Below are positions 49,957-59,208 of a stretch of 64,000 bases of DNA, one piece after another. Source of the stretch: an uncultured Bdellovibrionales bacterium (GTDB lineage Bacteria > Bdellovibrionota_G > JALEGL01 > JAGRMV01); assembly GCA_964497185.1 (NCBI GenBank), contig CAZCBX010000001.1:5333-69332 (forward strand), written 5' to 3'. The position numbers and the translations under genes were made by a program. Numbering within the stretch: position 1 is the stretch's first letter; the number at the start of each line of letters is the position of its first letter. The notes below the pieces were generated by a model that saw only the letters and a list, made by a program, of their open reading frames with translations, did not search any database and had not been told where the DNA came from.

Positions 49957-51816
49957 TTATAGTTTGTTTTCAAACATGATTCCAAAATTCATTGATTCTG
50001 GATCATCATAATAATCTTTGAGTAATCCCAAATCAGTTGCGCCTGAGCTTGTGGCGGCACGGTAGCCATATTCATTGTATTTGGATATTTTTAAACCAGA
50101 ATGATACTGATCGATGGAAATCCCAAGCTCATGCCAATAGGCAAAGTTAGGGATTCGTATTCCATAAAAAATAGATTTAATGGCCTCTTCTTTATAAAAG
50201 ATCTTTGCAGCACGAATAATTTCAACTGCTGTCCCTATGGGCGCGTCTGGTAAGACAGAAATGGAAACAATGTATCTAGAATCAAAGTTGGACAAGGTTT
50301 TTTTAGCATAATCAATGCATGCATAATGATGCCACTTATGTTTTTTCATGGCTTGACTTTGATTGCATGGTACTGAATAGATAAAACCCACTGGTTTTCC
50401 TTTATTTCGGCTATAAGCGATCAGAAAATTATCAGGCTTTATTTTTAGTCTTTCTCGAATGGTTTCTTTGCTGGCGGCATGTTTTTTGAGCCATGATCCA
50501 TCTTCAATGTTGGATAAAATATCTACATCGCTTTCAAGAGCTTGAAATACAGCAATTTGATCTTTGGTGCGTGTAGTTGTTTTAGAAATGTATTTTTGAA
50601 CAGAAAAAGAAAAATCATCCAATTTTTGATTGAAAGACGAAATTCTTTGGGCAATCCTGGGTTGCTCATTGGATTCATTGGTCCATAAAACTTCTTTGTT
50701 CCCAACCAGCAAGGTGAGTTGATTTTGCTGCGCTTTTTCTAAGTCCAAATCAAAAACTCTTCCTTCATATGGATTGGTTAAAAACTCCCCCGTCCACCGA
50801 CCGTTTAATTCTATATCACCATCTTTCAAGGGTTTGCCAAGGGCCGTGTGGATAAGAAGCTCACCTATGTTCTCGTTTATTAAAGTTCGATTGATAAGCT
50901 CAGGCATATAGTCACCGGCTATTCGTGCATTGACTTCAATGAGAACAGGCATTTCATTGACCAGCTTAAATTCAATATGTGTCCAAGAGTTTTGTATTTT
51001 TAATGTTGTGTGACATGCCTGCGCGAAATTTTGGATGGCCTCCAAAATTTTCTCATTTTGAATATTGGTTGGAAAAGTATCGGATAATTCATTGGTGCAG
51101 TGAGTTTTTTTATCCGTAATACCAATGACGTGCGTTTTTCCATTGAGCACCATAGACTCTACACTGTACTCGTTGCCATAGATGATCTCTTCAACGACAA
51201 TGTCTTGAGTAATGTTACCATAAATTTTTCGTAAATTCTCCTCATGAAAATCAATGGTTCTTAATTCTTGTATAGCACCAAACAGTTCTTTTTCATTGTT
51301 GATGATTTGAACGCCAAGGCTGGCCATCATTTGTGCAGGTTTGATGATGAATGGAAACGCTAAATTTTTTTCCTTTAATTCATCATAAGTCGGACTTGCA
51401 TCTGAAAAGTAATAAAAATTTGGATTATAATGTGAAAAGGAACTTTGAATTTTCTCTCGCACTAAGCCTTTGTGTCGATAACTTGCTTGCGGGTCTTGAC
51501 TAATTGAAGGCAATTGAAGATCCATTTGCAGTTGATTGCAAAATCCCACGGAGGTCTCAACCCAACACAACGCCCCACAGATTTTCAACTGATATTTGGA
51601 AGCATATTGTTTGGTTTGCTGGGTTAAGTCATGGTGGCTTTGATAATCAAATACAAAGCCTTTAATAGAATATTTTTCTTCCAACCAGGAATAGTCCATA
51701 AAGGCAAGACCCTGAGCGTAAATAAAATGATAATCGGTGTTTTGCTTTAGTTGTTCCACCAAGTAAGCTTTGGAAGATTGAAAACCAGGTTCGACAATGA
51801 TGATTGTTTCTTTCAT
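49957..51816 (-). CDS. ATP-grasp ligase fused to a ~220-aa C-terminal domain of unknown function
   Basis: 619 aa; N-terminal ~400 aa ATP-grasp fold (carboxylate-amine ligase-like); extra C-terminal domain. Confidence 0.6.
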   Translation of the reverse strand: MKETIIIVEPGFQSSKAYLVEQLKQNTDYHFIYAQGLAFMDYSWLEEKYSIKGFVFDYQSHHDLTQQTKQYASKYQLKICGALCWVETSVGFCNQLQMDLQLPSISQDPQASYRHKGLVREKIQSSFSHYNPNFYYFSDASPTYDELKEKNLAFPFIIKPAQMMASLGVQIINNEKELFGAIQELRTIDFHEENLRKIYGNITQDIVVEEIIYGNEYSVESMVLNGKTHVIGITDKKTHCTNELSDTFPTNIQNEKILEAIQNFAQACHTTLKIQNSWTHIEFKLVNEMPVLIEVNARIAGDYMPELINRTLINENIGELLIHTALGKPLKDGDIELNGRWTGEFLTNPYEGRVFDLDLEKAQQNQLTLLVGNKEVLWTNESNEQPRIAQRISSFNQKLDDFSFSVQKYISKTTTRTKDQIAVFQALESDVDILSNIEDGSWLKKHAASKETIRERLKIKPDNFLIAYSRNKGKPVGFIYSVPCNQSQAMKKHKWHHYACIDYAKKTLSNFDSRYIVSISVLPDAPIGTAVEIIRAAKIFYKEEAIKSIFYGIRIPNFAYWHELGISIDQYHSGLKISKYNEYGYRAATSSGATDLGLLKDYYDDPESMNFGIMFENKL

Positions 51817-51827
51817 TGATTCTCCGT

Positions 51828-52991
51828 TTAAAAAAAAGAATGGGGCCAGTTTGTAATCATGTTTTCAATAAAATTGGAAAGGGCTGGCATTGTCCAGAAT
51901 CCAATGTGAACTGAAGCAATATAAGGCCCAACCAAACAAATAAAAGCATCAAAAGCCAAAATGCGGTTGATGTAAGGTCCACTTAACTTTTTATAGGAAA
52001 ATAAATAATGGTCAATATTGGGCAGTTGATATGCTTCACAAACACTCCACACCACAAAAAATGGAATCCCAAGCCAGAAATTAGAAATGAGCAGCATGAT
52101 CGTGCAGAAAAAAGCAATTAAGCTAATAACATCATAGCGGCGCAAGGAAAATTCCAAAATTTTTGTCTTTATGGAAATAAGTTGAATCAAAATGACAGCA
52201 ATGGGGTTAAAACCCAATATTATTGCACTATACTTTGCTTCTAAATTGATGGCACTGGCTTTGATGGGTATGGCAGAAATCATAATGGCATAAGGAAGTA
52301 CAAACCCCAAAAAGCGTAAAACATCTTGCAAGACGTTGTGGATCGAAGCAATGCTTTCAACTTCTAAGTGGTTTGATTCCACTTGCTTGGTTTCTTTAGC
52401 AGAATCAAATGTGAATGGCTGATCCAGCCACCGCAAGATTTTCGAGGATATAACGGCGCCAGCGCTCCCTAGTAAAAAAACAACAAGAGTCGGAAAGGAC
52501 GCTTCCAACAGAAAAGCACCAACAAGCGGAAAAACAAGAAAAGCCAGATTGGTGGTGATGCCAAATAAAATGTATAAATTACCTTTTCCCTTGTAAAAAT
52601 TTACAAACTCACCCAGCAGATAACGACTTTTTTTGTAATAAATGGCCTGGGACAAACCAAAAGAAATAAAACTCACAATTTGCAATATCGGGACAGGTAC
52701 GAAAATAAGACAAAGGGCAGCCATTCTGGTGCAAAGCATCAAAGCAATGTGGGTTGTCCATTTTTCTCCGAAAAAGGAAATCAACCACACGCCCCCCACC
52801 TGCAGCCCAGCAAAAAGCCCCATGCCCAAGATGATGGCAGAGCGCAGCTTTGTTTCTTCAATGGGTAGATGCAAAAAAAGCGCATTCACGCCAATGTAGG
52901 CATAAGACCCAAAGAAGAAAAAATTCGAAAGGCCCAGAAGCCCAAGTTTTGAAAACAGTCTATTCATGAATAATGATTGCCTATAGAGCAT
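51828..52991 (-). CDS. Polytopic membrane protein (10-12 TM), possibly a transporter
   Basis: Hydrophobic helices throughout; start adjusted to ATG (MLYRQSL). Confidence 0.5.
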   Translation of the reverse strand: MLYRQSLFMNRLFSKLGLLGLSNFFFFGSYAYIGVNALFLHLPIEETKLRSAIILGMGLFAGLQVGGVWLISFFGEKWTTHIALMLCTRMAALCLIFVPVPILQIVSFISFGLSQAIYYKKSRYLLGEFVNFYKGKGNLYILFGITTNLAFLVFPLVGAFLLEASFPTLVVFLLGSAGAVISSKILRWLDQPFTFDSAKETKQVESNHLEVESIASIHNVLQDVLRFLGFVLPYAIMISAIPIKASAINLEAKYSAIILGFNPIAVILIQLISIKTKILEFSLRRYDVISLIAFFCTIMLLISNFWLGIPFFVVWSVCEAYQLPNIDHYLFSYKKLSGPYINRILAFDAFICLVGPYIASVHIGFWTMPALSNFIENMITNWPHSFF

Positions 52992-53061
52992 AAACCATAC
53001 CAACTTTTTAAGTTCTAGCCACTGGATTAGCTTATTTTAAACCATGTATTTGATTGAAGAT

Positions 53062-53076
53062 GTTCGGTATCCGAAC
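53062..53076. promoter_or_regulatory. Palindromic operator candidate GTTCGGTATCCGAAC (second copy)
   Basis: Extended palindrome ATGTTCGG-TAT-CCGAACAT in the divergent intergenic region. Confidence 0.4.
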
Positions 53077-53141
53077 ATAATGTGCAGACCGCTGAGATAT
53101 ACGTTCGTCAATTGATGCCAAACAAGAGTATAAAAAGATCA

Positions 53142-53345
53142 ATGAGCCATACGCATTCACCCAAACAAATCCTAGCCCTCATTGATGATGACCCACTGAT
53201 TCACGCCACATGGTCCATGGTGGCTCAAGCAAAAGGCCATCAACTTCAATGCTTCTATTCGCTAGACAAGTTTTGCACTGCATATGTCCTCATTTATACA
53301 TATATTTTTGTTGGCTATCATTTAAATGACAGAAAAGGCACCTAA
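53142..53345 (+). pseudogene. Truncated duplicate of the single-domain response regulator 5' end
   Basis: First 38 codons (MSHTHSPKQILALIDDDPLIHATWSMVAQAKGHQLQCF) near-identical to 46301-46414 (~77 bp identical at DNA level), then unrelated sequence and early stop. Confidence 0.6.
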
Positions 53346-53744
53346 GTTATAAAAAAGTTGGCCAGAAGCGGTTTTTCTTCGCTCTTTATTACAACTGGAC
53401 ATGACAAAAGCACCATTCATTCTTTTTCCCCAGCGAGAGCTGTTTTTGGAAAAAATTATCCTTAGTTCATATGAGTGAATATGTTGTCAGCCCCAAGATA
53501 AATATTTCAGTTGCTATCACTAAATCGAACAAATGTGATTGGAATCCAAACAAATCATTAATTTCTTTCCCATGGGTTTTGGCGGGTTTTCAGTCATCTT
53601 TATCTTTATTTTTTTGATTAACAGAACCTATCTAAAATCTTATAGCGTTTGGAAATAGAACGAACTTGTTCTGTTTCCAAATTATTTTTGTAGAAATAAT
53701 GCATCCTTTCCAGGATACGGTACGGTTTTTTTTACTTTAACCGT

Positions 53745-53760
53745 TGGCATACTCATTGCT
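53745..53760 (+). promoter_or_regulatory. Candidate sigma-54 (-24/-12) promoter for the biosynthetic operon
   Basis: TGGCAT-actca-TTGCT with GG-N10-GC spacing; imperfect palindrome TTTGGAAATAGAAC-gaac-TTGTTCTGTTTCCAAA at 53650-53684 about 90 bp upstream could be an enhancer-binding-protein site. Confidence 0.4.
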
Positions 53761-53772
53761 CTATGCCTTCAC

Positions 53773-55059
53773 ATGAAAATAAAAAATGTTGTACAAAGAA
53801 ACTGGCAAAAAGAGAAAATTAAAAAATCATCATTTCACCAAAATCTTTCCTTTAGCTCTGGCATTAACAACAAAAATGTCACTTCAAGAAAAGAGAAATG
53901 GATCGAACTTGCAGATGGAACCAGCGCCACAGAATTCATGTCTTGCTCATACCTGGGATTAGAAACTGACAACCGCCTTAAGAATGCCGCACTAAGTGCT
54001 ATCGATCAATATGGTGTGCAACTTGCTGTAGCTAGAACCAGAATCAAACCAATCATTTGTGAAGAGCTTGAAGAAAATCTACAAACCATTTTTCAAGGCC
54101 CTACGGTTACGTTTAGTACTGTAGGTCTAACTCACCTTGCCATCTTCCCTCTTCTAGGGGCTGGTGTTTTACCGTCGTATCCAGTGAGTGTCAATGGGCC
54201 GCTTTGGATCATGGATAAGACATCTCATGCTTCCATTCAGATTTTACGGGGTATCATGCAACAAAATGGTGAAGTGATTCGGGTATCATTCTCTGACCAT
54301 CAGGCACTTGCAGATGCATTTCAGTATGCACATAAAAGCCAAAGAACGCCTATCTCCATATCTGATGGTGTTGGTTCTATGGGAGGAGATGCTCCGGTTC
54401 GACTTCTAGTAGAACTTTCTTACAAATACAATGGATATGCATACATTGACGATGCCCATGGCACGTCAATTATGGGTAAATACGGAGGGGGATATGTCAT
54501 TCACGAGCTAAATGACACTCTCGATCCAAGAGTGATACTGGTCTCATCACTTTCGAAGGCATTTGGAGCCACTGGAGGCTGTGTAACGGTCCGAAGTCCT
54601 AACGATAAGGACACCATTCAACGATTTGGAACACCATATATCTTTGGCGGGCCTGTTTCACTTCCCGGTATCGCTGCAGCCCTTGCATCATCTGAAATTC
54701 ATATACAAGATGAAATCTATACGCTGCAAAATAAACTACAAGAAAACATAAAGCACTTTGATACCTTGGCTGGCAATAAGACAATTAACTTCAAAAAACG
54801 CATTCCCATTCGTGGTCTTGTTGTGGGGGATGAGGTGAAGTGCCTTAGCGTTTCAAAACAAATGTGGGAAAGAGGTTTTGGAACGACCGCTGCTATGTAC
54901 CCGACGGTACAAAAAGGCGAAGCCATGCTCCGCGTAGCGCTTTCCGTCCTCCATACAAAAAAACAAATAGAAAACCTCATTTATACGTTTCAGCATGCAA
55001 GACAAGGTTTGCATATTGTCACAGACACTCTCAAGGGATCCTCCAATGTACACGTATAA
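53773..55059 (+). CDS. PLP-dependent alpha-oxoamine synthase (BioF/Kbl/SPT/CqsA/LqsA family)
   Basis: 428 aa; N-terminal SYLGLETD motif; PLP-lysine motif SLSKAFGATGG; no bioA/B/D genes nearby. Confidence 0.75.
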   Translation: MKIKNVVQRNWQKEKIKKSSFHQNLSFSSGINNKNVTSRKEKWIELADGTSATEFMSCSYLGLETDNRLKNAALSAIDQYGVQLAVARTRIKPIICEELEENLQTIFQGPTVTFSTVGLTHLAIFPLLGAGVLPSYPVSVNGPLWIMDKTSHASIQILRGIMQQNGEVIRVSFSDHQALADAFQYAHKSQRTPISISDGVGSMGGDAPVRLLVELSYKYNGYAYIDDAHGTSIMGKYGGGYVIHELNDTLDPRVILVSSLSKAFGATGGCVTVRSPNDKDTIQRFGTPYIFGGPVSLPGIAAALASSEIHIQDEIYTLQNKLQENIKHFDTLAGNKTINFKKRIPIRGLVVGDEVKCLSVSKQMWERGFGTTAAMYPTVQKGEAMLRVALSVLHTKKQIENLIYTFQHARQGLHIVTDTLKGSSNVHV

Positions 55060-55909
55060 ATGTAAGACCGGATCCTCATCAATCCTACCTAATGGTAATG
55101 ACGTGCGGGCAAAATTATCAAAACATGGAGCTGTACTCTTTCGGGGGTACCGAATCTGCGTGAAAAATTTTGATCAGTATACAAATCAATTTGGTAACGA
55201 ACACTTGATTCATGGATCTATAAGGAAAAAAATTAATGCCAAAGATACCATTCAAGATGTCACAAAAGGCCAGGGAAAAGTATTGCCCCATATAGAAATG
55301 GGAAGAATGCCTACAAAACCCAATCAAGTTTGGTTCTTGAGCGAAAAGCCGGCTCTTATCGGGGGCGAAAGTACACTCGTTGATGGTATCAAGGTTGCTG
55401 AAAGCCTACCTGATCATGTGCGTAATTTCTTTAGGGATAATCCTATTTCTTTTCAAGCAAAAGTTTCTAAATTCTCTTGGCAGAGACTTTGGGGTATCCA
55501 AACACTAAGCGAATTAAAAGATCGTATGGATATGCTTTCCGTAAATCCTAACATTTCATTTGAGATGAATAAAGAAGATGAATCATTTATTGGAAGATAC
55601 AGCACCAGCGCATTTATCACTCAACCTGATGGAAAATTAGCTTTTAGTAATAGTATCGTAGGACCTTATGAAGGCCCTAGTGGAGGAGAATGCAGAATGC
55701 TAAATGGCAATCCAATTCCATCATCAATAATCGAAACCATCTTGAATTGCTACCAATACAATATGAACACAATTACCATGGATCCCGGAGATTTTATGGT
55801 CGTTAACAATCATCGCTTTATGCATGGCAGAGAAGCGTTTCGAGTAAAACCAGGTGATACAAGAAAAATGTATGCAAAACTTATCAAAGGAGAATTTCAT
55901 GCAATCTAG
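55046..55909 (+). CDS. Fe(II)/2-oxoglutarate-dependent dioxygenase (TauD/TfdA / clavaminate-synthase-like)
   Basis: HxE-type motif (PHIEMG) and distal HRFMHGR; start adjusted to MYTYKCK, 14-nt overlap with the upstream gene. Confidence 0.58.
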   Translation: MYTYKCKTGSSSILPNGNDVRAKLSKHGAVLFRGYRICVKNFDQYTNQFGNEHLIHGSIRKKINAKDTIQDVTKGQGKVLPHIEMGRMPTKPNQVWFLSEKPALIGGESTLVDGIKVAESLPDHVRNFFRDNPISFQAKVSKFSWQRLWGIQTLSELKDRMDMLSVNPNISFEMNKEDESFIGRYSTSAFITQPDGKLAFSNSIVGPYEGPSGGECRMLNGNPIPSSIIETILNCYQYNMNTITMDPGDFMVVNNHRFMHGREAFRVKPGDTRKMYAKLIKGEFHAI

Positions 55910-56951
55910 TCTAAAAGTGAATCAAATGATTCAACACGATACAAAACCTACACTTCAAGACCGCTCATTGGTTCAAATTATTACTTCTTATAGAAGCGCC
56001 AGCGCTTTGTATGCTTTTGTGAAGCTCGACCTCCCTACATTCATTCACAACAATTCTTCACCAACACTGAAGAAAGCTGCTTTTTACTCTGGTGTTCCCA
56101 TCGAAAAACTATCTCGACTCATGGATGTCATTGCCATGGAACAAATCGTAGCGATCGAAAATTCTTGTTTACACCTAACAACCAAAGGCAAACAATTGGC
56201 TACAGATAAGAGCCTAAGAGACTGGATTTTATGCGAGCTTAGCCCTACCTATTGGAATGTCTGGGCCAACCTAACAGACGCCCTCCAACAAAACATAGAC
56301 TGTGCTTTCGACTCTACACACAACCAGTCCTTTTTTCCCTACCTAAAAGAGAATGAGAATTTTCATAAACTATTTCAAAGCGTCATGACAAATTACTCGA
56401 TTCGAGCAGGGGCAGAAGTCGCGAAAGCAATCAACTTTGAGGATGATAAAAAAATCGTAGATGTGGGTGGAGGCCACGGCCACATGCTTTTTAGCATCCT
56501 CAAAGCCAATCAACACCTTCATGGATGCGTATTCGAGCTGCATGAGAATTATAAAGGATTTCAGATTGAAAAACAAAAAACCGGGCTTCTTGATCAAAGA
56601 GCAACTTTCCAATCCGGCAATTTCATGCATGAAGCTATTCCAAGGTGTGACACAATCATCATGAAAAATATTATTCATGATTGGGACGATGAAAATGCCG
56701 TTCATATACTTTCAGCATGTAGACAATCCCTGAAAAACAACGGCCGTATCATCCTGGCGGAAATTTTGAAATCTGAGGATCCACTTGACTCTTTAGGTAA
56801 AAGTTTGGATCTGCTTATGATGCTGCTATTCAATGGGAAAGAGCGAAATTATTCGCAATATCAATCTTTGGCTGAACAATCAGGCCTAACCATCAGCAAC
56901 ATCTACCCAACTAGAGGACCGCTTTCGTTGATTGAACTGAGAAAGGCATGA
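55899..56951 (+). CDS. Class I SAM-dependent O-methyltransferase (dimerisation domain + Rossmann fold)
   Basis: SAM motif VDVGGGHGH; start MQSSLKV preceded by AAAGGAGAA; 11-nt overlap with the dioxygenase gene. Confidence 0.75.
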   Translation: MQSSLKVNQMIQHDTKPTLQDRSLVQIITSYRSASALYAFVKLDLPTFIHNNSSPTLKKAAFYSGVPIEKLSRLMDVIAMEQIVAIENSCLHLTTKGKQLATDKSLRDWILCELSPTYWNVWANLTDALQQNIDCAFDSTHNQSFFPYLKENENFHKLFQSVMTNYSIRAGAEVAKAINFEDDKKIVDVGGGHGHMLFSILKANQHLHGCVFELHENYKGFQIEKQKTGLLDQRATFQSGNFMHEAIPRCDTIIMKNIIHDWDDENAVHILSACRQSLKNNGRIILAEILKSEDPLDSLGKSLDLLMMLLFNGKERNYSQYQSLAEQSGLTISNIYPTRGPLSLIELRKA

Positions 56952-57910
56952 ATATGCGTTGCTATTGGGTAGTTTGTTACAAAGATTTTGACGAGCAAAC
57001 GAGAAAAAAAATTGAAAACAAGTACCACAAGATGTTTCAAGAAGCATCAGAAAAGCACGGAATATCATTTTCGTTCATCGATAGTGAGGATCTCTCCATA
57101 ACATGTGATCATAAAACGAATATATGCTTGGGTAATCAGAATATTGCAACCGAAGATACAGCGTTTTTGATTTCAAATTTTAGTATGGACCCAAAAAGAA
57201 AGCGATACTTAGATCAGCTTTATTATGCTTTCCTTGAAAGCGACAGTACACTCCTTAACAAAACATTCTATCATGGGGCGCACCTTGAGAAAAATAAGTT
57301 TTCTATGACGCAACTCATAACTCAGCTTGGAATACCTAATATACCTACACACTTCATGAAACCCTCAGGTGATCTAAAACACGCAGAATTATTTTATCAG
57401 AACCACTGCATTGATCATGGCGCAATGCTAAAACCCAATGAAATGGGCATGGGCATTGGTATTTCTCATTGCAAATCCTGGCAAGATACCAAAGATACCT
57501 GGCAGCGTGATGGAAAAGACGTTGATTATATTTTGCAGCCCTATATTCCGCATATAGGAGATCTAAGATTATACCTTTACAACCACAGTGTTGTTGAGGG
57601 TCAATTTCGCATTGTTCCGAATGGACGACATCAAGCCAATATCTCTCAGGGTGCAATGAGCAAAGATGTTGAGTTCCCACAAGCATTACGAACTTTAGCA
57701 AAAAATATAAGTAGACACGTCGGTGCTGAGCAGTGCTGCATTGATTGGCTCATCACAGAAAAATCATTTTTCTTTAACGAAATCACAACAACACTAGGTG
57801 GGTTCACTGGGCTAAAGGAGAGCAAGCAAAAAGTGCTTGCAGACAGACTATTTAATTACATCCAATACCGTATAACATCGAACAAAGAAAAGAGAAACGT
57901 ATGGCCCTAA
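56948..57910 (+). CDS. ATP-grasp family ligase (RimK/GshB-like)
   Basis: 320 aa; ATP-grasp C-terminal half (DYILQPYIPHIGDLRLYLY...EITTTLGGFTGL). Confidence 0.6.
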   Translation: MNMRCYWVVCYKDFDEQTRKKIENKYHKMFQEASEKHGISFSFIDSEDLSITCDHKTNICLGNQNIATEDTAFLISNFSMDPKRKRYLDQLYYAFLESDSTLLNKTFYHGAHLEKNKFSMTQLITQLGIPNIPTHFMKPSGDLKHAELFYQNHCIDHGAMLKPNEMGMGIGISHCKSWQDTKDTWQRDGKDVDYILQPYIPHIGDLRLYLYNHSVVEGQFRIVPNGRHQANISQGAMSKDVEFPQALRTLAKNISRHVGAEQCCIDWLITEKSFFFNEITTTLGGFTGLKESKQKVLADRLFNYIQYRITSNKEKRNVWP

Positions 57911-59208
57911 CCTTACTTGAAAATTCTTACCTCACGTCCATCAAAGACATCTATGCACTTCAACATCAAAATGCACTCGCAACAATCCAAAGGCTTTCAA
58001 AGATTGATGCATATAAAGACAAATTAATTGGAATTGATCAAAATAATTGGAAAAATGATTGGTTCAAGGTTCAACAAATGAAAGCTCTGGACGTTGAAGC
58101 AACGCAAAAACAAGATGAAGCAAGAACAGCAGGCCCAGTCCTTCGGTCAGGTGGAACTAGCAGTCTTCGTAAGGTTATTCATCATTCTTGGAGATTTAAT
58201 GACCAAGTTACTCACCTTGGTGTGCGTTCATTTCAGGCAATTACAAACAAGACGAATTTTCGCATTGCCAATTGTTATAGCAGTGGTGATATGTTGGGGG
58301 CTTATTTTTTTGCAGAATCTATCGCTAGAGAGTTACGTTTACCCTACTACCCGATTGGAAGCTCGGTTCCTCTTGAAGAGACCCTCAATATAATCTCAGA
58401 CCACAAGATTGATATACTTATGGCAACGCCATCATACGCACAAAGCCTGTATCATCATGCCTCTATCAGAAATCAAAAAGAAAAATTATCATCTATATCG
58501 ATCATTCTGTATTTAGGAGAGATGTTTCCAAAAACATTTTATGAAAAAATTTGTAGCCTTCACCCGAATGTTTGCATCCATAATTTATCCTATACAACGA
58601 CCGAAACGGGACCGATTGGATATCAATGCACCTCATTGCCAAATGATTGTTTTCACATTCATGAGGACGCGATTTGGGTTGAAGTTATTGAGCCAATCAC
58701 AAAGCAGCCTATTATGGATGTGCCAGGCAATATTATCGTAACCCCCTTTTCAAGCACAGGTATCCCACTTCTTCGATATGACACAGGTGATAAAGGAATA
58801 TTGCGGTCGGTATCATGTCAATGTGGGCACAAAACAAGAGTGATTCAACTATTGGGAAGAAGTCAACAATCCATTAAAATTTGCGGTGCCATTATACAAA
58901 AGAGTTATATTATCGACTCTATTAGAAGTATATGTAAAGAAGCTCTCGTTAATGAAACCAATATTCAAGTCCAACAAATTCAGAACCATGATGGCATTCA
59001 AGTCAAAATATTGCTCAATAAGAAAAATTGGACGTGTATTTCAGCCAGACGAATTGAGGATAGACTGAGACAAGATCATCACTTCTCGTTTATTGTATCT
59101 CACCCTGCTTGTAGGCTCTTTGGTGTTTCGTCGGTTCCCTTCACTGAGTTTGCAATGACAAAAAGCGGAAAAACACCGTTTTTTATTACGATCCATGAGA
59201 AGCAATAA
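57901..59208 (+). CDS. Adenylate-forming enzyme of the PaaK / coenzyme F390 synthetase-like family
   Basis: P-loop-like RSGGTSSLRKV where PaaK has SSGTTGKP; 435 aa. Confidence 0.6.
   Translation: MALTLLENSYLTSIKDIYALQHQNALATIQRLSKIDAYKDKLIGIDQNNWKNDWFKVQQMKALDVEATQKQDEARTAGPVLRSGGTSSLRKVIHHSWRFNDQVTHLGVRSFQAITNKTNFRIANCYSSGDMLGAYFFAESIARELRLPYYPIGSSVPLEETLNIISDHKIDILMATPSYAQSLYHHASIRNQKEKLSSISIILYLGEMFPKTFYEKICSLHPNVCIHNLSYTTTETGPIGYQCTSLPNDCFHIHEDAIWVEVIEPITKQPIMDVPGNIIVTPFSSTGIPLLRYDTGDKGILRSVSCQCGHKTRVIQLLGRSQQSIKICGAIIQKSYIIDSIRSICKEALVNETNIQVQQIQNHDGIQVKILLNKKNWTCISARRIEDRLRQDHHFSFIVSHPACRLFGVSSVPFTEFAMTKSGKTPFFITIHEKQ

Noticed and set aside
52990-53004. GG-N10-GC sigma-54-like motif (TGGTATGGTTTATGC on the minus strand) upstream of the membrane-protein gene
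   Set aside because: Non-GG/GC positions are a poor match to the consensus. The motif overlaps the gene's likely ATG start, so it cannot be a functional promoter.
46221-53076. Possible relationship between the island palindromes (ATGTTCGG...CCGAACAT) and parS (ATGTTCCACGTGGAACAT)
   Set aside because: Only the outer ATGTTC/GAACAT hexamers are shared. The spacing and core differ, so this is most likely coincidence rather than ParB-related.
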